DNA of 59,247 bases from Eubacteriales bacterium (GTDB taxonomy: Bacteria > Bacillota > Clostridia > Oscillospirales > CAG-272): the NCBI GenBank assembly GCA_045534435.1, contig JAZSJS010000030.1, positions 1-59,247 on the forward strand, written 5' to 3'. Below the pieces are notes generated by a model, which saw nothing but the letters and a program-made list of their open reading frames with translations, made no database searches and was not told where the DNA came from. Shown here in pieces: positions 46,754-56,488 of the stretch. The number at the start of each line of letters is the position of its first letter. The stretch's first letter is position 1. The translations under genes were made by a program, and so were the position numbers.

Positions 46754-48532
46754 TTATGCGTCGGATGCTGTCAAAGCCCCCGAAAACTGACTGAAATAGA
46801 GGTGATGATAGAATCCTTCTTTGGCGAGCAGGGCCTGATGATCGCCTTGTTCAACAATCTTTCCGTCACGCATGACGAGGATCACGTCTGCCGATTCGAT
46901 GGTGGACAGGCGGTGTGCGACGATGAAGGAGGTACGTCCTTGCATCATTTGTGCGAAGGAATTCTGGATCTTCAGCTCCATACGGGTATCGATCGACGAG
47001 GTCGCCTCGTCCAGGATCAGCATCGGCGGCAGTGCGAGCATAACGCGCGCGATGCAGAGCAGCTGCTTTTGTCCCTGTGAGAGCGTTCCGCCGTTTTCTC
47101 CGAGCACCGTGTCGTAGCCCTGCGGCAGACGCTTGATGAAGGAATGAATGTGTGCTGCCTTTGCGGCGGCAACGATCTCCTCCTCGGTGGCGTCGGGGCG
47201 GCTCATGGAAATGTTTTCCCGTACCGTCGCGGCGCGAAGCCAGGTGTCCTGAAGCACCATACCCCAAGAGGCGCGCAGAGAACTGCGGGTGATCGATCGA
47301 ATGTCGTTGCCGTCCACACTGATCTTGCCCTCATTGACGTCGTAAAAGCGCATCAGAAGGTTGATGACCGTGGTTTTTCCGCAGCCGGTCGGGCCGACGA
47401 TCGCGATACGCTGACCCGGCTTGACCGAGAGGTTCAGATCACGGATGAGTTCGCGGTCGGGAGAATAGGAGAACGCCACGTTTTCCAGATCGACGTTGCC
47501 TTCGGCAGAGGTCAGGATCCGCGCGTCAGGCTCGTCGGCGGGGATCTCGGCTTCATCCATCATCTCAAAGAGACGTGCTGCACAGGCAAGTGCGTTTTGC
47601 AGTTCGGTCAAAACACCGGAAATTTCGTTGAACGGCTTGGTGTATTGGTTGGCGTAGGAAAGGAATACCGAAAGCTGTCCCACGCTGAAGCCTTTGCCGC
47701 CAATGACCATCAATGCGCCCGTCAGAGCGACGCCGGCATAGACCAGGTTGTTGACGAATCGGGTGCAGGGATTGGTCAGGGAAGAAAAGAAGGTCGCGCG
47801 CAACGCGCATTTGCCGAGACGCTCATTGATCTCGTTGAATTCTTCCTCCGCCTCATCCTCGCGACCAAAGGCAACGACCACCTTGTGATGCGTGACGTAT
47901 TCATCGATCATCGCGGTCTGCTCGGCGCGCGTTTCGGATTGCTTTTTGAACATCGAATAGGTGCGCTTGGCAATAAAGGACGCCACGAAAAGCGAGAGCG
48001 GTGTGACGAGGATCACGACCAGGGCGATGCCGGGATGAATGACGAGCATGATGATCAGTGTTCCGAGAATGGTAAGGATACCCGTGAAAAACTGAGAAAA
48101 GCCCATCAAAAGACCGTCGGTGAACTGATCGACGTCGGTCATCATGCGGCTGACGATCTCACCGACCGAGTGAGAATCCAGATAGGAAAGGGGAAGCCGC
48201 TGCAGCTTTTCAAAGGCATCGCGACGCAGCTTGCGGACCATTCCGTAGGTGATGCGGTTGTTGATGACGTTCATCACCCATTGACAGATTGCCGACACGA
48301 TGGTGCAAACGCCGATCTGAACGGCAATTTTTAACACACCGGAAACATCGACCAATCCCTTGTCAACGATCAGGTCGATCGCGTCTCCCGTGAGAAGCGG
48401 GATATAAAGCGTCAGTGCAACGGTTGCGGCGGCAAGCAGAAGCGAGAGGATCAGTGCCGGCAGATAATGCTTCAAGTCGTGCAGAATCCTGCGGACGGTG
48501 GAGGGATCAAAAGCATTTTTTCGGTTTTTCAT
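46754..48532 (-). CDS. ABC exporter, fused permease/ATPase (type I, heterodimer subunit)
   Basis: Six-TM domain plus NBD (GPTGCGKTT, LSQGQKQLLCIARV, LILDEATSSID). Confidence 0.9.
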   Translation of the reverse strand: MKNRKNAFDPSTVRRILHDLKHYLPALILSLLLAAATVALTLYIPLLTGDAIDLIVDKGLVDVSGVLKIAVQIGVCTIVSAICQWVMNVINNRITYGMVRKLRRDAFEKLQRLPLSYLDSHSVGEIVSRMMTDVDQFTDGLLMGFSQFFTGILTILGTLIIMLVIHPGIALVVILVTPLSLFVASFIAKRTYSMFKKQSETRAEQTAMIDEYVTHHKVVVAFGREDEAEEEFNEINERLGKCALRATFFSSLTNPCTRFVNNLVYAGVALTGALMVIGGKGFSVGQLSVFLSYANQYTKPFNEISGVLTELQNALACAARLFEMMDEAEIPADEPDARILTSAEGNVDLENVAFSYSPDRELIRDLNLSVKPGQRIAIVGPTGCGKTTVINLLMRFYDVNEGKISVDGNDIRSITRSSLRASWGMVLQDTWLRAATVRENISMSRPDATEEEIVAAAKAAHIHSFIKRLPQGYDTVLGENGGTLSQGQKQLLCIARVMLALPPMLILDEATSSIDTRMELKIQNSFAQMMQGRTSFIVAHRLSTIESADVILVMRDGKIVEQGDHQALLAKEGFYHHLYFSQFSGALTASDA

Positions 48533-50256
48533 GTCTCCTCACCTCCTCTTTGAAATTGAGAGTCATAGATCTCGCGGTAGACCTCGCAGCTCTTGAGGAG
48601 CTCGTCGTGTGTTCCCACACCCACCGACTCACCGTCCTCCAAAACGAGGATGACGTCGGCGTGCTGCAGGGAAGAGGTGCGTTGGGAGATGATAAAGACC
48701 GTCGGCTGGTTGGGAAGCGATCGGATCGCTTGACGGAGCGCGGCATCGGTTGCGTAGTCCAAGGCAGAGGAGCTGTCATCGAGGATCAGGATCTCGGCTT
48801 GCTTCACCAGGGCGCGTGCGATCGTGAGTCTTTGCCGTTGACCTCCCGAAAAGTTTCTTCCGTTCTGTGCGACCGGTGCGTTGAGTCCGCCCTCCTTTTC
48901 TTCGATAAAGCCCTTTGCCTGTGCCGCCTCCAAGGCAGCCCAAAGCGTTGCGTCGTCGGCATCCTCGTTGCCCCAAAGAAGATTGGAGCGCACCGTTCCG
49001 CGGAAAAGCACCGCCTTTTGCGGTACGATCGCGATCTTACTCCTCAGCTCCTCGATCGGATAGGAACGCACGTCGCGTCCGTTCACAAGCACGCATCCCT
49101 CGGTCGCGTCGTAGAAGCGCGGAATGAGGTTGATCAGCGAGCTTTTTCCAGATCCGGTCGAGCCGATGATCCCCACCGTGGCACCACGGGGGATTTTGAG
49201 ATCAATGCCGCTGATCGAGGGGGCGGCGTTGTTTTCATAGGTCAAGCCGACTCCGCAAAGTGAGACGGAGAGAGAAGGATCGCCGATCACGTTGCTGTCC
49301 ACGGCTTCCTGACCCGCGGGGGCGCTCAGCACCTTTTCCACGCGGTCGCCGCACGCGATCGCCTTGTTGACCAGAATGATCGTGTTTGCGAATTTCACCA
49401 GCTCCACGAGAATTTGCGCCATATAGTTCGTCATCGCCACGACCTCACCCTGCGTCATATCGCCGATCTGCACCAGCTCGGCACCCGACCAAAGGAGCAG
49501 AATGACACCGAGGTTGACCAGGATCAGGGTCAGCGGGTTCATCAATGCCGAGATTTTTCCAACGTGATTCTGCGCACGGTTGTGTTCTTCATTGGCGGCT
49601 TGGAATCTTTCGTTTTGCGAGGACTCCTTGCGGAATGCACGGATCACGCGCACACCCGTCAGATTTTCACGCGTGACTGCCGTCACACGGTCAAGGCTTT
49701 TCTGCACACCCCGAAAGAGCGGAACGGTTTTGAGCATGATCGTAAAGACCACCGCGGAGAGCAGGGGAATGACGATCACAAAGATCAAGGCACTTCGTGC
49801 GTTGACGGTAAAAGCCATGATCATCGCGCCCAGCACCACGACGGGGGAGCGCAAAAAGAGTCTGAGCGTCATGTTGACACCCGACTGCAGCTGATTGATG
49901 TCTGCCGTCATGCGCGTGATCAGCGTGGAGGTTCCCGCGCGATCGGTTTCTTTGTAGGAAAATTTTTGAATGTGAGAAAACAGATCCTTTCGCAGATCGG
50001 TGCTGAAACCCACGGCGGCACGCGCGGCATAATATTGCGCGATCAAAGCGCAGGTCAGTCCCACGAGCGCAAAGGCGGCCAGCACACCGCACATTGCAAA
50101 CAGATAGGGCTTGTCTCTGTTTGCGATGCCGACGTCAATGATCTGCTTCACCACCAACGGCACGAGCAGATCGAAGATTGCCTCCAAAAATTTGAAAAGA
50201 GGACTGATGACAACTTCTTTTTTGTATGGCTTGAGATACCCGAGCAGTCGTTTCAT
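48529..50256 (-). CDS. ABC exporter, fused permease/ATPase (type I, heterodimer subunit)
   Basis: Six-TM domain plus NBD (GSTGSGKSS, FSGGQRQRLTIARA, LILDDSSSALD). 4-nt overlap with the downstream partner gene. Confidence 0.9.
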   Translation of the reverse strand: MKRLLGYLKPYKKEVVISPLFKFLEAIFDLLVPLVVKQIIDVGIANRDKPYLFAMCGVLAAFALVGLTCALIAQYYAARAAVGFSTDLRKDLFSHIQKFSYKETDRAGTSTLITRMTADINQLQSGVNMTLRLFLRSPVVVLGAMIMAFTVNARSALIFVIVIPLLSAVVFTIMLKTVPLFRGVQKSLDRVTAVTRENLTGVRVIRAFRKESSQNERFQAANEEHNRAQNHVGKISALMNPLTLILVNLGVILLLWSGAELVQIGDMTQGEVVAMTNYMAQILVELVKFANTIILVNKAIACGDRVEKVLSAPAGQEAVDSNVIGDPSLSVSLCGVGLTYENNAAPSISGIDLKIPRGATVGIIGSTGSGKSSLINLIPRFYDATEGCVLVNGRDVRSYPIEELRSKIAIVPQKAVLFRGTVRSNLLWGNEDADDATLWAALEAAQAKGFIEEKEGGLNAPVAQNGRNFSGGQRQRLTIARALVKQAEILILDDSSSALDYATDAALRQAIRSLPNQPTVFIISQRTSSLQHADVILVLEDGESVGVGTHDELLKSCEVYREIYDSQFQRGGEET

Positions 50257-50460
50257 TCGTCTCCTTCGTCCTTTCTCATTCTATATTAAATTATAAATCT
50301 ATATCTTATTCATTATACCTCTTTTCTTCCTCAATTGATAGCATCTGCTATGAACTATCTGTGAATGATTTATGAAGAAGAACTTCTTCTTTGCTTTGAG
50401 AAAGAGAAGAGGGTTGATCGGAAACAGTTGAAAAATCCACCTTTTCAATTGAATCATCTA

Positions 50461-50489
50461 TTGACACCTTTGGATTTATTTTGTAAAAT
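50461..50489 (+). promoter_or_regulatory. Sigma-A type promoter for the disrupted binding-protein gene
   Basis: TTGACA, 17 nt, TAAAAT. Confidence 0.6.
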
Positions 50490-50557
50490 ATAGATGCAGG
50501 AAGGTGATTTTTCAATCATTTTCGATGGAATTTTTCATAAAAAGGAGTATCCCGGAT

Positions 50558-52092
50558 ATGACAACAAAAATTTGGACACGACTTTTGCTGATTCTTTTGC
50601 TGAGCTCCTTGCTTTTGGGTGTTGTGGCTTGCAACCAAGAAAAGGATTCGGGTACCCCGGTTCCCGATGGCCCCGAAGAGGAGCAGACCGAGGAACAACA
50701 GGATAAAGTCGACGAATATCCCTTTGTCATTGAAAACTGCGGTACCAATGAAGGAAACGTCGGTCGTTTCAACATGGAACCCGAACCGACCGCGCGGATT
50801 ACATCGACACCCCCGATCTGAACGGAACCATCATCAACGACGCGGTTTACGAACGGAATGCGCTGATCGAGGAGCTTTTCAACGTGGAGATCACCATGTT
50901 TGAGGCCGGAGATTCCTCGGTGACGCAGTATTATTCCAACATCACTAACGACGTCATGGGCGGCGTTGGAAAGTTTGATTCCGTGCAGGGCTGGTGGGAG
51001 GCAAATCTGGAAACCACGGGATATTTTATGAATCTTATGAGCTTTCCCGAGCTTGATTTTGCCAACGATCCGTGGTGGCTCGACGAATGGCAGGAAAACT
51101 CCACCTTCTACGACTGTCTGCTCACCTGCAACGGAGACCTGCAGTTTGAGCTCTACTACAACATCATGATCCTCTATTTCAATAAAACTCTTGCAGAGAG
51201 CCTGAGCGTCAAGGAGGAAAACAATCTTCCCATCAGCACGCTGGTCTATCAGCACGTGGATGACAAAACCTGGACGATCGATCTGATGCAGAAGTACGGC
51301 AGGATCGCTGCGACCGACGTGGGCGAGGACGGCTATCACTCCAAGTATGAGGAGGGATATGAGAACAGCGAGGATATTTTCGGCACACTGATGAACGAAT
51401 CGACGCCCTTTGTTGCGATACAGTGCCTTGGCGCAAAGTATTCCAGGATCGTGAACGGGGAGGTGGAATTCACCTTCAACGCGACTCAAAACTACGATGC
51501 CTTCGAAAAGCTTTTCGAGGTCTACAACGAGACCGACTATAATCTCGTGGGTCCCACCTCGCAGCGCGGAAAGCAAAGCTATGAGCTGTTCAACAACGGT
51601 CAGGCGCTGTTCTGTATCAATTCCTTCTTCAACGCACCCTTCATCAAGGATTCGGGGATTTCCTACGGTATTCTGCCCGTTCCTATGTATGCCGAGGGCG
51701 GTGATTACATCACCTCCTGTGACAACTTCAACTATTTCGCATTCCTGACCACCACTCCCGATTATCACAAGTCGGCATTGGTCTTCAATGCGATGAACGC
51801 GCTTTCCACCGACATTCTTTATGACAAGTATTTTGGAGAATATCTCGAATTCCGCGTCTCCGACGATCCGGATTCCTCGAGAATGATCCCTCTGATCTAC
51901 GACAGCCTCTATTTTGACAGCGCATGGACCAATCCCGGCTTTTCCGCAAATGCCGGAAACCAGTTTGGATATTATATCCAGGATCATAACAGAAGCATCT
52001 CGTCCAAAATGGCGTCCTATGCCAACATGACGGACTTTGTCAATGAGATCAAAAAGATCCATATGAATATCAAGATGGGTAACTCCAGATAA
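50558..52092 (+). pseudogene. Extracellular solute-binding lipoprotein (large family-1 type), frameshifted
   Basis: The lipoprotein N-terminus (LLLGVVAC) reads in one frame to a stop at 50821. The rest of the protein (DYIDTPDLNGTIINDAVYERN...) continues in the -1 reading frame, which is open from 50752. The shift most likely lies near 50791-50800. Confidence 0.7.
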
Positions 52093-52107
52093 AAAACCTA
52101 TCAAAAA

Positions 52108-52150
52108 AGAAAGCATTATCCGGAAAACGGGTAATGCTTTCTCTCTGTTT
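52108..52150. terminator. Bidirectional terminator (AGAAAGCAT...ATGCTTTCT family)
   Basis: AGAAAGCATTA ... TAATGCTTTCT outer stem, inner CCG/CGG pairing, flanked by an A-run and CTCTGTTT. Confidence 0.7.
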
Positions 52151-53600
52151 ATGGAACCAAAAGCGCTCTTTCGGAGAAGGGGAGCTTTCGAGAGCCGACG
52201 AGCTGATAGGCCTCGTGGCCTTTGCCTGCAAGAACGAGAAGATCTCCGGCTTTTGCCTCTTTCAGTGCGGCACGAATGGCTTCGGCGCGGTCGGGAATGG
52301 TGAGATAGGGCGTTTGGGAGCCCTCAAAGGCCTTTGCGATGTCCCGGATGATGGCATCGGGCGATTCCTTTCCGGGATTATCGGAGGTCAGGATCGCGAG
52401 ATCTGCATAGGCGGCGGCAGCCGCTCCAAGCTCTGCTCGCCGAAGCTGAGAGCGCTCGCCAACCGAGCCGAAAAGAACGATCAGACGTTCCTCGGTGTAT
52501 GCGCGGAGAGACGAGAGCAACCGAGAAAGGCTCTCGCCGTTGTGTGCGTAGTCAATGACGGCAATCGCACCGCAGGAAAGACGAACGATCTCCGAGCGCC
52601 CCTCGATCGAGGCATCGGCAAGTGCGTCTGCGATGCAAGCGAGCGAAATGCCGAAGGTGTCGCTTGCCACTGCGGCGGCAAGCAGGGCGTTGCTTGCGTT
52701 GAAGCTTCCCATCAAGGGCAGACGGCAGAATGCGTGCGACTGCTTGTGGCAGAGGTCAAATTCGATGCCGTATGCATCGAAATCCTTGAATATGCGCAGA
52801 TTCTTGGCAACAAAATCGGCAGAAGGATCTTGCACGGAGCAGGTACGGATCGTGGCGAGACTCCCGCTCACCGTTTCGGTCGCGGCAGGATCGTCGAGAT
52901 TGCAAACGATGCTTTTGGCTTCGAACTCCCGGAAGAGTCGACTCTTGCAAGAACGGTAATGCTCAAAATCGGGATGCTCGTTGACACCGATGTGGTCGGA
53001 GGAGAGGTTGGTAAACACCGCCGTTTCAAAGCGTGTTCCGTCGGCGCGATATTGCATCAGCGCCTGCGAGGAAACCTCAATGACGGCGGTTTGGATTCCG
53101 GCGGCAAGCATATCGTGCAAATGCTTTTGCAGGGTGATGGCGTCGGGGGTGGTGTTGGAGGTCTTTTGGAAAACCTCTCCGTAGCGCACACCGTTCGTGC
53201 CGATATAGCCACAGGGAATTCTCATATGATTGAGAATGTGTGAGAGCAGCAGCGCCGTTGTGGTCTTGCCCTTGGTACCCGTAATACCGACCAGATGCAT
53301 ACGGTGAGAGGGGTTACCGTAAAAGGTCGCGGCAAGATGAGCCAATGCCCGTCTGGAGCTGTCGCAATAAAAGATCTGCGCGTCATCCGGAAGCGCGAGA
53401 GGCTTTTCGGCGACGAAGTGACGGCAACCGCGGCGATAGGCATCGGCGGCATAGTCGTGTCCGTCGGCGTTTGCGCCCGCAATGCAGAAAAAGAGAGCAT
53501 TCGCGTCGGCGCACGAGGAGCTTTCGGTCAGCGAGGTGATCTCGGCATCGCAGGTTGGTTTTGCGGGGAAATAGGCTTGCAGAAGCTTTGAAAGAGTCAT
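52149..53600 (-). CDS. murE: UDP-N-acetylmuramoyl-L-alanyl-D-glutamate--diamino acid ligase
   Basis: Mur ligase motifs GITGTKGKTTT, NLSSDH and DYAHN. The third-domain motif reads DNPG where DAP-adding enzymes carry DNPR. Confidence 0.88.
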   Translation of the reverse strand: MTLSKLLQAYFPAKPTCDAEITSLTESSSCADANALFFCIAGANADGHDYAADAYRRGCRHFVAEKPLALPDDAQIFYCDSSRRALAHLAATFYGNPSHRMHLVGITGTKGKTTTALLLSHILNHMRIPCGYIGTNGVRYGEVFQKTSNTTPDAITLQKHLHDMLAAGIQTAVIEVSSQALMQYRADGTRFETAVFTNLSSDHIGVNEHPDFEHYRSCKSRLFREFEAKSIVCNLDDPAATETVSGSLATIRTCSVQDPSADFVAKNLRIFKDFDAYGIEFDLCHKQSHAFCRLPLMGSFNASNALLAAAVASDTFGISLACIADALADASIEGRSEIVRLSCGAIAVIDYAHNGESLSRLLSSLRAYTEERLIVLFGSVGERSQLRRAELGAAAAAYADLAILTSDNPGKESPDAIIRDIAKAFEGSQTPYLTIPDRAEAIRAALKEAKAGDLLVLAGKGHEAYQLVGSRKLPFSERALLVP

Positions 53601-54346
53601 GAGCGTGCTCCTTCTGCCGCAGGCGTGAGATCGGAGGAGAATCCGATCGGCACTTTTTTGCAGGCCAGGATCGTCTGATAGGCGAGAACCTCCAGCGAAT
53701 CAAGGAAGATCGGATCGTCCGAAAGCTGCTTTTTGAGCAGAGAAAGCTCGGTGCAGCCCAGAACGATCTTTTCGCATCCGCGCGCACGAAGCGAGCTTAC
53801 CACACGCAAAAAGGCGGAAAAATCCACGGGACGGTTTTGCTTGACGTCGTCGTAGATGATCGAGGAAATGATCTGTTGCTCCTCGGGGGAGGGAACCAGG
53901 CAGCAAAGTCCGTGCTTTTCGCAGATCTGCGCATATGCTCCCGAGCTCACCGTTCCCGCCGTGGCAAGCAACCCAAAGGTCTGAACCCCGTTTCGCTTGA
54001 GCTGCTTGACGGTTTCCTCGATGATGTTGAGCATCGGTGTGCGGATGCTTTGGCGGAGTCCATTGTAAAAATAATGCGCCGTATTGCAGGGAATGACGAT
54101 CAGATCACACCCCGCGCGAGTGAGACGCTCTGCCTCCTCCCTCATGACGGGAAGCGGATCGCTTGCGCTTGTTCCGAGGATAAAGGCGGTCCTGTCGGGT
54201 GTGGAGGCGCGGCTGCTGACGATCATGTCAATGTGATCGGCGTCGGAGCAGGCTTGGGTGTGCGAGGTCAGAAGCTCGCAAAAATAGAAGGTAGACATGG
54301 GGCCCAATCCACCCAAAACGCCCAAAAGAGAAGTCTTTTGATTCAT
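53597..54346 (-). CDS. Aspartate/glutamate racemase family protein (aspartate racemase-like)
   Basis: GVLGGLGPMST at the N-terminus, catalytic-Cys regions IPCNTAHYF and LGCTELS. ATGA overlap with murE. Confidence 0.8.
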   Translation of the reverse strand: MNQKTSLLGVLGGLGPMSTFYFCELLTSHTQACSDADHIDMIVSSRASTPDRTAFILGTSASDPLPVMREEAERLTRAGCDLIVIPCNTAHYFYNGLRQSIRTPMLNIIEETVKQLKRNGVQTFGLLATAGTVSSGAYAQICEKHGLCCLVPSPEEQQIISSIIYDDVKQNRPVDFSAFLRVVSSLRARGCEKIVLGCTELSLLKKQLSDDPIFLDSLEVLAYQTILACKKVPIGFSSDLTPAAEGARS

Positions 54347-54756
54347 TTTTGCACCTCCTTGATCTGTGGCTTGTCCTCACCAAACCAAATGCGCAGCATT
54401 TCGCGCTTGTTCGCGATCACAAACCGACGCTCCAGCTGCTCCTTGTGAAGCCAGATGAGATTCGTGAAGGCTTCGGTGCAGGGGATCAGATAGAGAATGA
54501 CGTCGGCATTTTCGAGTTGATTTGCAAAATCCGAGAGCGCGTGCAGCATCAGCTGCTCGCCCGCGGTGTGAGGGACGAGATGAAATTTCATGCAAAGAGA
54601 GAGCCGCATGGAAAGGGGGATCTTATCACAAAACACGTGAGATACGATGCCGTATTGGCGGAACATCCGATGCGCGGTCTCCGAGGTCTCGGGCGAGACA
54701 CCGAGCAGGATCGGCACCAGCTCGCCGCTGATCGTGTCGTTGACGATGAAATCCAT
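54343..54756 (-). CDS. 137-aa protein resembling only the N-terminal (pre-ATP-grasp) part of carboxylate-amine / D-aspartate ligases
   Basis: LVPILLGVSPETSETAHRMFRQYG and ILYLIPCTEAFTNLIWLHKEQLERRFVI resemble the recalled N-terminus of ATP-grasp D-Asp ligases. There is no ATP-grasp core. AAAGGAG RBS. The stop overlaps the racemase start. Confidence 0.45.
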   Translation of the reverse strand: MDFIVNDTISGELVPILLGVSPETSETAHRMFRQYGIVSHVFCDKIPLSMRLSLCMKFHLVPHTAGEQLMLHALSDFANQLENADVILYLIPCTEAFTNLIWLHKEQLERRFVIANKREMLRIWFGEDKPQIKEVQK

Positions 54757-54934
54757 GCTTTTTCTCCTTTCTTTGCGACGTATTTATATCAATATTCATA
54801 TTATATCATGATTTTTCAAAAAAGAAAAGAGTCTTGTGAAAATACTTGCAAGATTTTTCAAAAAAAGTGTTGCTTTTTGGTGCGGGATTGATTATAATAA
54901 TAATCGACAAACTGAAGGGATCGCTGGAAAATCT

Positions 54935-55528
54935 ATGAAGAAAGAAAAAATTTATCGGGTGTTCTCGCACCTGCCCGAGCTGACGACCGAACGGCTGACG
55001 CTGCGGCGGATGATGGTGGCGGACACCGAGGATATGTACGAATATGCCTGCCGTCTTGACGTGACGAAATATCTGACCTGGTATCCGCACCCCGACCGTG
55101 AATATACGCGGGAATATCTGCAATATCTCGGAGGCCGCTACGCCGCGGGAATGTTCTACGACTGGGCGGTGATCTACGAGCCCGACTGCAAGATGGTCGG
55201 CACCTGCGGATTCACCTCCTTCAATTGCTCCTCCGACAGTGCCGAGGTCGGCTACGTTCTCAATCCCGAATATTGGGGAAAGGGGATCGCCACCGAAGCC
55301 CTGACACGCGTGCTGGAGTTTGGCTTCGATCAGCTCAAGCTGCATCGCATCGAGGCGAAGTTCATCAAGGAAAACGAACGCTCGCGCCGCGTGATGGAAA
55401 AGGTGGGCATGAGCTTCGAGGGGGTCATGCGCGAGGCGATGCTCATCAAGGGCAAGCACCTCGACATCGGCATCTGCTCGATTCTGCGCTCGGAGTGGAA
55501 GGATCAAAAAAAGAAAGAGATCGATTGA
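54935..55528 (+). CDS. GNAT family N-acetyltransferase (RimJ/RimL-like)
   Basis: TERLTLRRM start of the domain, then YWGKGIATEA and NERSRRVMEKVGM. Confidence 0.8.
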   Translation: MKKEKIYRVFSHLPELTTERLTLRRMMVADTEDMYEYACRLDVTKYLTWYPHPDREYTREYLQYLGGRYAAGMFYDWAVIYEPDCKMVGTCGFTSFNCSSDSAEVGYVLNPEYWGKGIATEALTRVLEFGFDQLKLHRIEAKFIKENERSRRVMEKVGMSFEGVMREAMLIKGKHLDIGICSILRSEWKDQKKKEID

Positions 55529-55543
55529 ATCTTCGCAAAAATG

Positions 55544-55587
55544 AGAAAGCATTACGCGACTTGATGCCGTGTAATGCTTTCTGTTTT
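55544..55587 (+). terminator. Intrinsic terminator (AGAAAGCAT...ATGCTTTCT family)
   Basis: AGAAAGCATTAC ... GTAATGCTTTCT 12-bp stem followed by GTTTT. Confidence 0.7.
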
Positions 55588-55678
55588 ACAAGTGAAATCG
55601 ACAGATTGTCTGAAAAACAGGTGCGAATGAGAACCCGATCAATCCCAATTGAGTGTTACAATTTTCTTGATTCTCGTC

Positions 55679-55707
55679 TTGACAAATCCCGACAAAGGTG
55701 GTATAAT
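55679..55707 (+). promoter_or_regulatory. Sigma-A type promoter for azlCD
   Basis: TTGACA, 17 nt, TATAAT, with an extended -10 (TGGTATAAT). Confidence 0.75.
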
Positions 55708-55744
55708 GGGGAGGTTGTGAAAAGGCTTGAAAGGAGGCGTGGAG

Positions 55745-56488
55745 ATGGCGCGAGAAATATCACCCTACCGATACTGCGAGGGCTTGAAGGACGGACTTCC
55801 CATTGGACTCGGATATCTGTCGGTGTCCTTTGGCTTTGGCATTACGGCGGTCGGTGAGGGCTTGCGGATCCTGGAGGCACTTCTGATCTCCATGACCAAT
55901 CTGACCTCGGCGGGTCAGGTCGCGGGCGTGACCGTCATTGTGGCGGCGGGAACACTTCTGGAGATGATCCTGACTCAGCTCGTCATCAATCTGCGCTATT
56001 CGCTGATGGGCATCACGCTCACGCAGCGGCTGGATGGGCGGTGTACCACACCGAGGAGAATGCTGATGTCCTTTGGCATGACCGACGAGATCTTTGCCGT
56101 GGCGGTCTCCAAGCCGCATCCCGTGGGACCGACCTATTTCTACGGTCTCATGACGCTTCCGTATATCGGCTGGGCGGGCGGTACGCTGCTCGGTGCGATC
56201 GCGGGCAGGCTTTTGCCTCCCGATCTTCGAAGCGCGATGGGAATCATGATCTACGCGATGTTCATTGCCATCATTCTGCCTCCCATGAAGAAGGATCGCG
56301 GCATTCTGCTCGTCGTTTTGCTGGCGGCGGTGCTTTCCTGTGGGATGTATTTCCTTCCGTTCCTACAATGGATCTCCGAGGGCTTTGCCATCATCATTTG
56401 CGCGCTTGTCGCGGCTCTTGTGATGGCTGCCTTGAAGCCGATCGATGAGAAGGATGACGAAACCGATGCGGGAGGAGAACAGACGTGA
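55745..56488 (+). CDS. azlC: AzlC-family branched-chain amino acid exporter subunit
   Basis: GLKDGLPIGLGYLSVSFGFG N-terminus and a polytopic membrane profile. AGGAGG 8 nt before the ATG. Confidence 0.85.
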   Translation: MAREISPYRYCEGLKDGLPIGLGYLSVSFGFGITAVGEGLRILEALLISMTNLTSAGQVAGVTVIVAAGTLLEMILTQLVINLRYSLMGITLTQRLDGRCTTPRRMLMSFGMTDEIFAVAVSKPHPVGPTYFYGLMTLPYIGWAGGTLLGAIAGRLLPPDLRSAMGIMIYAMFIAIILPPMKKDRGILLVVLLAAVLSCGMYFLPFLQWISEGFAIIICALVAALVMAALKPIDEKDDETDAGGEQT

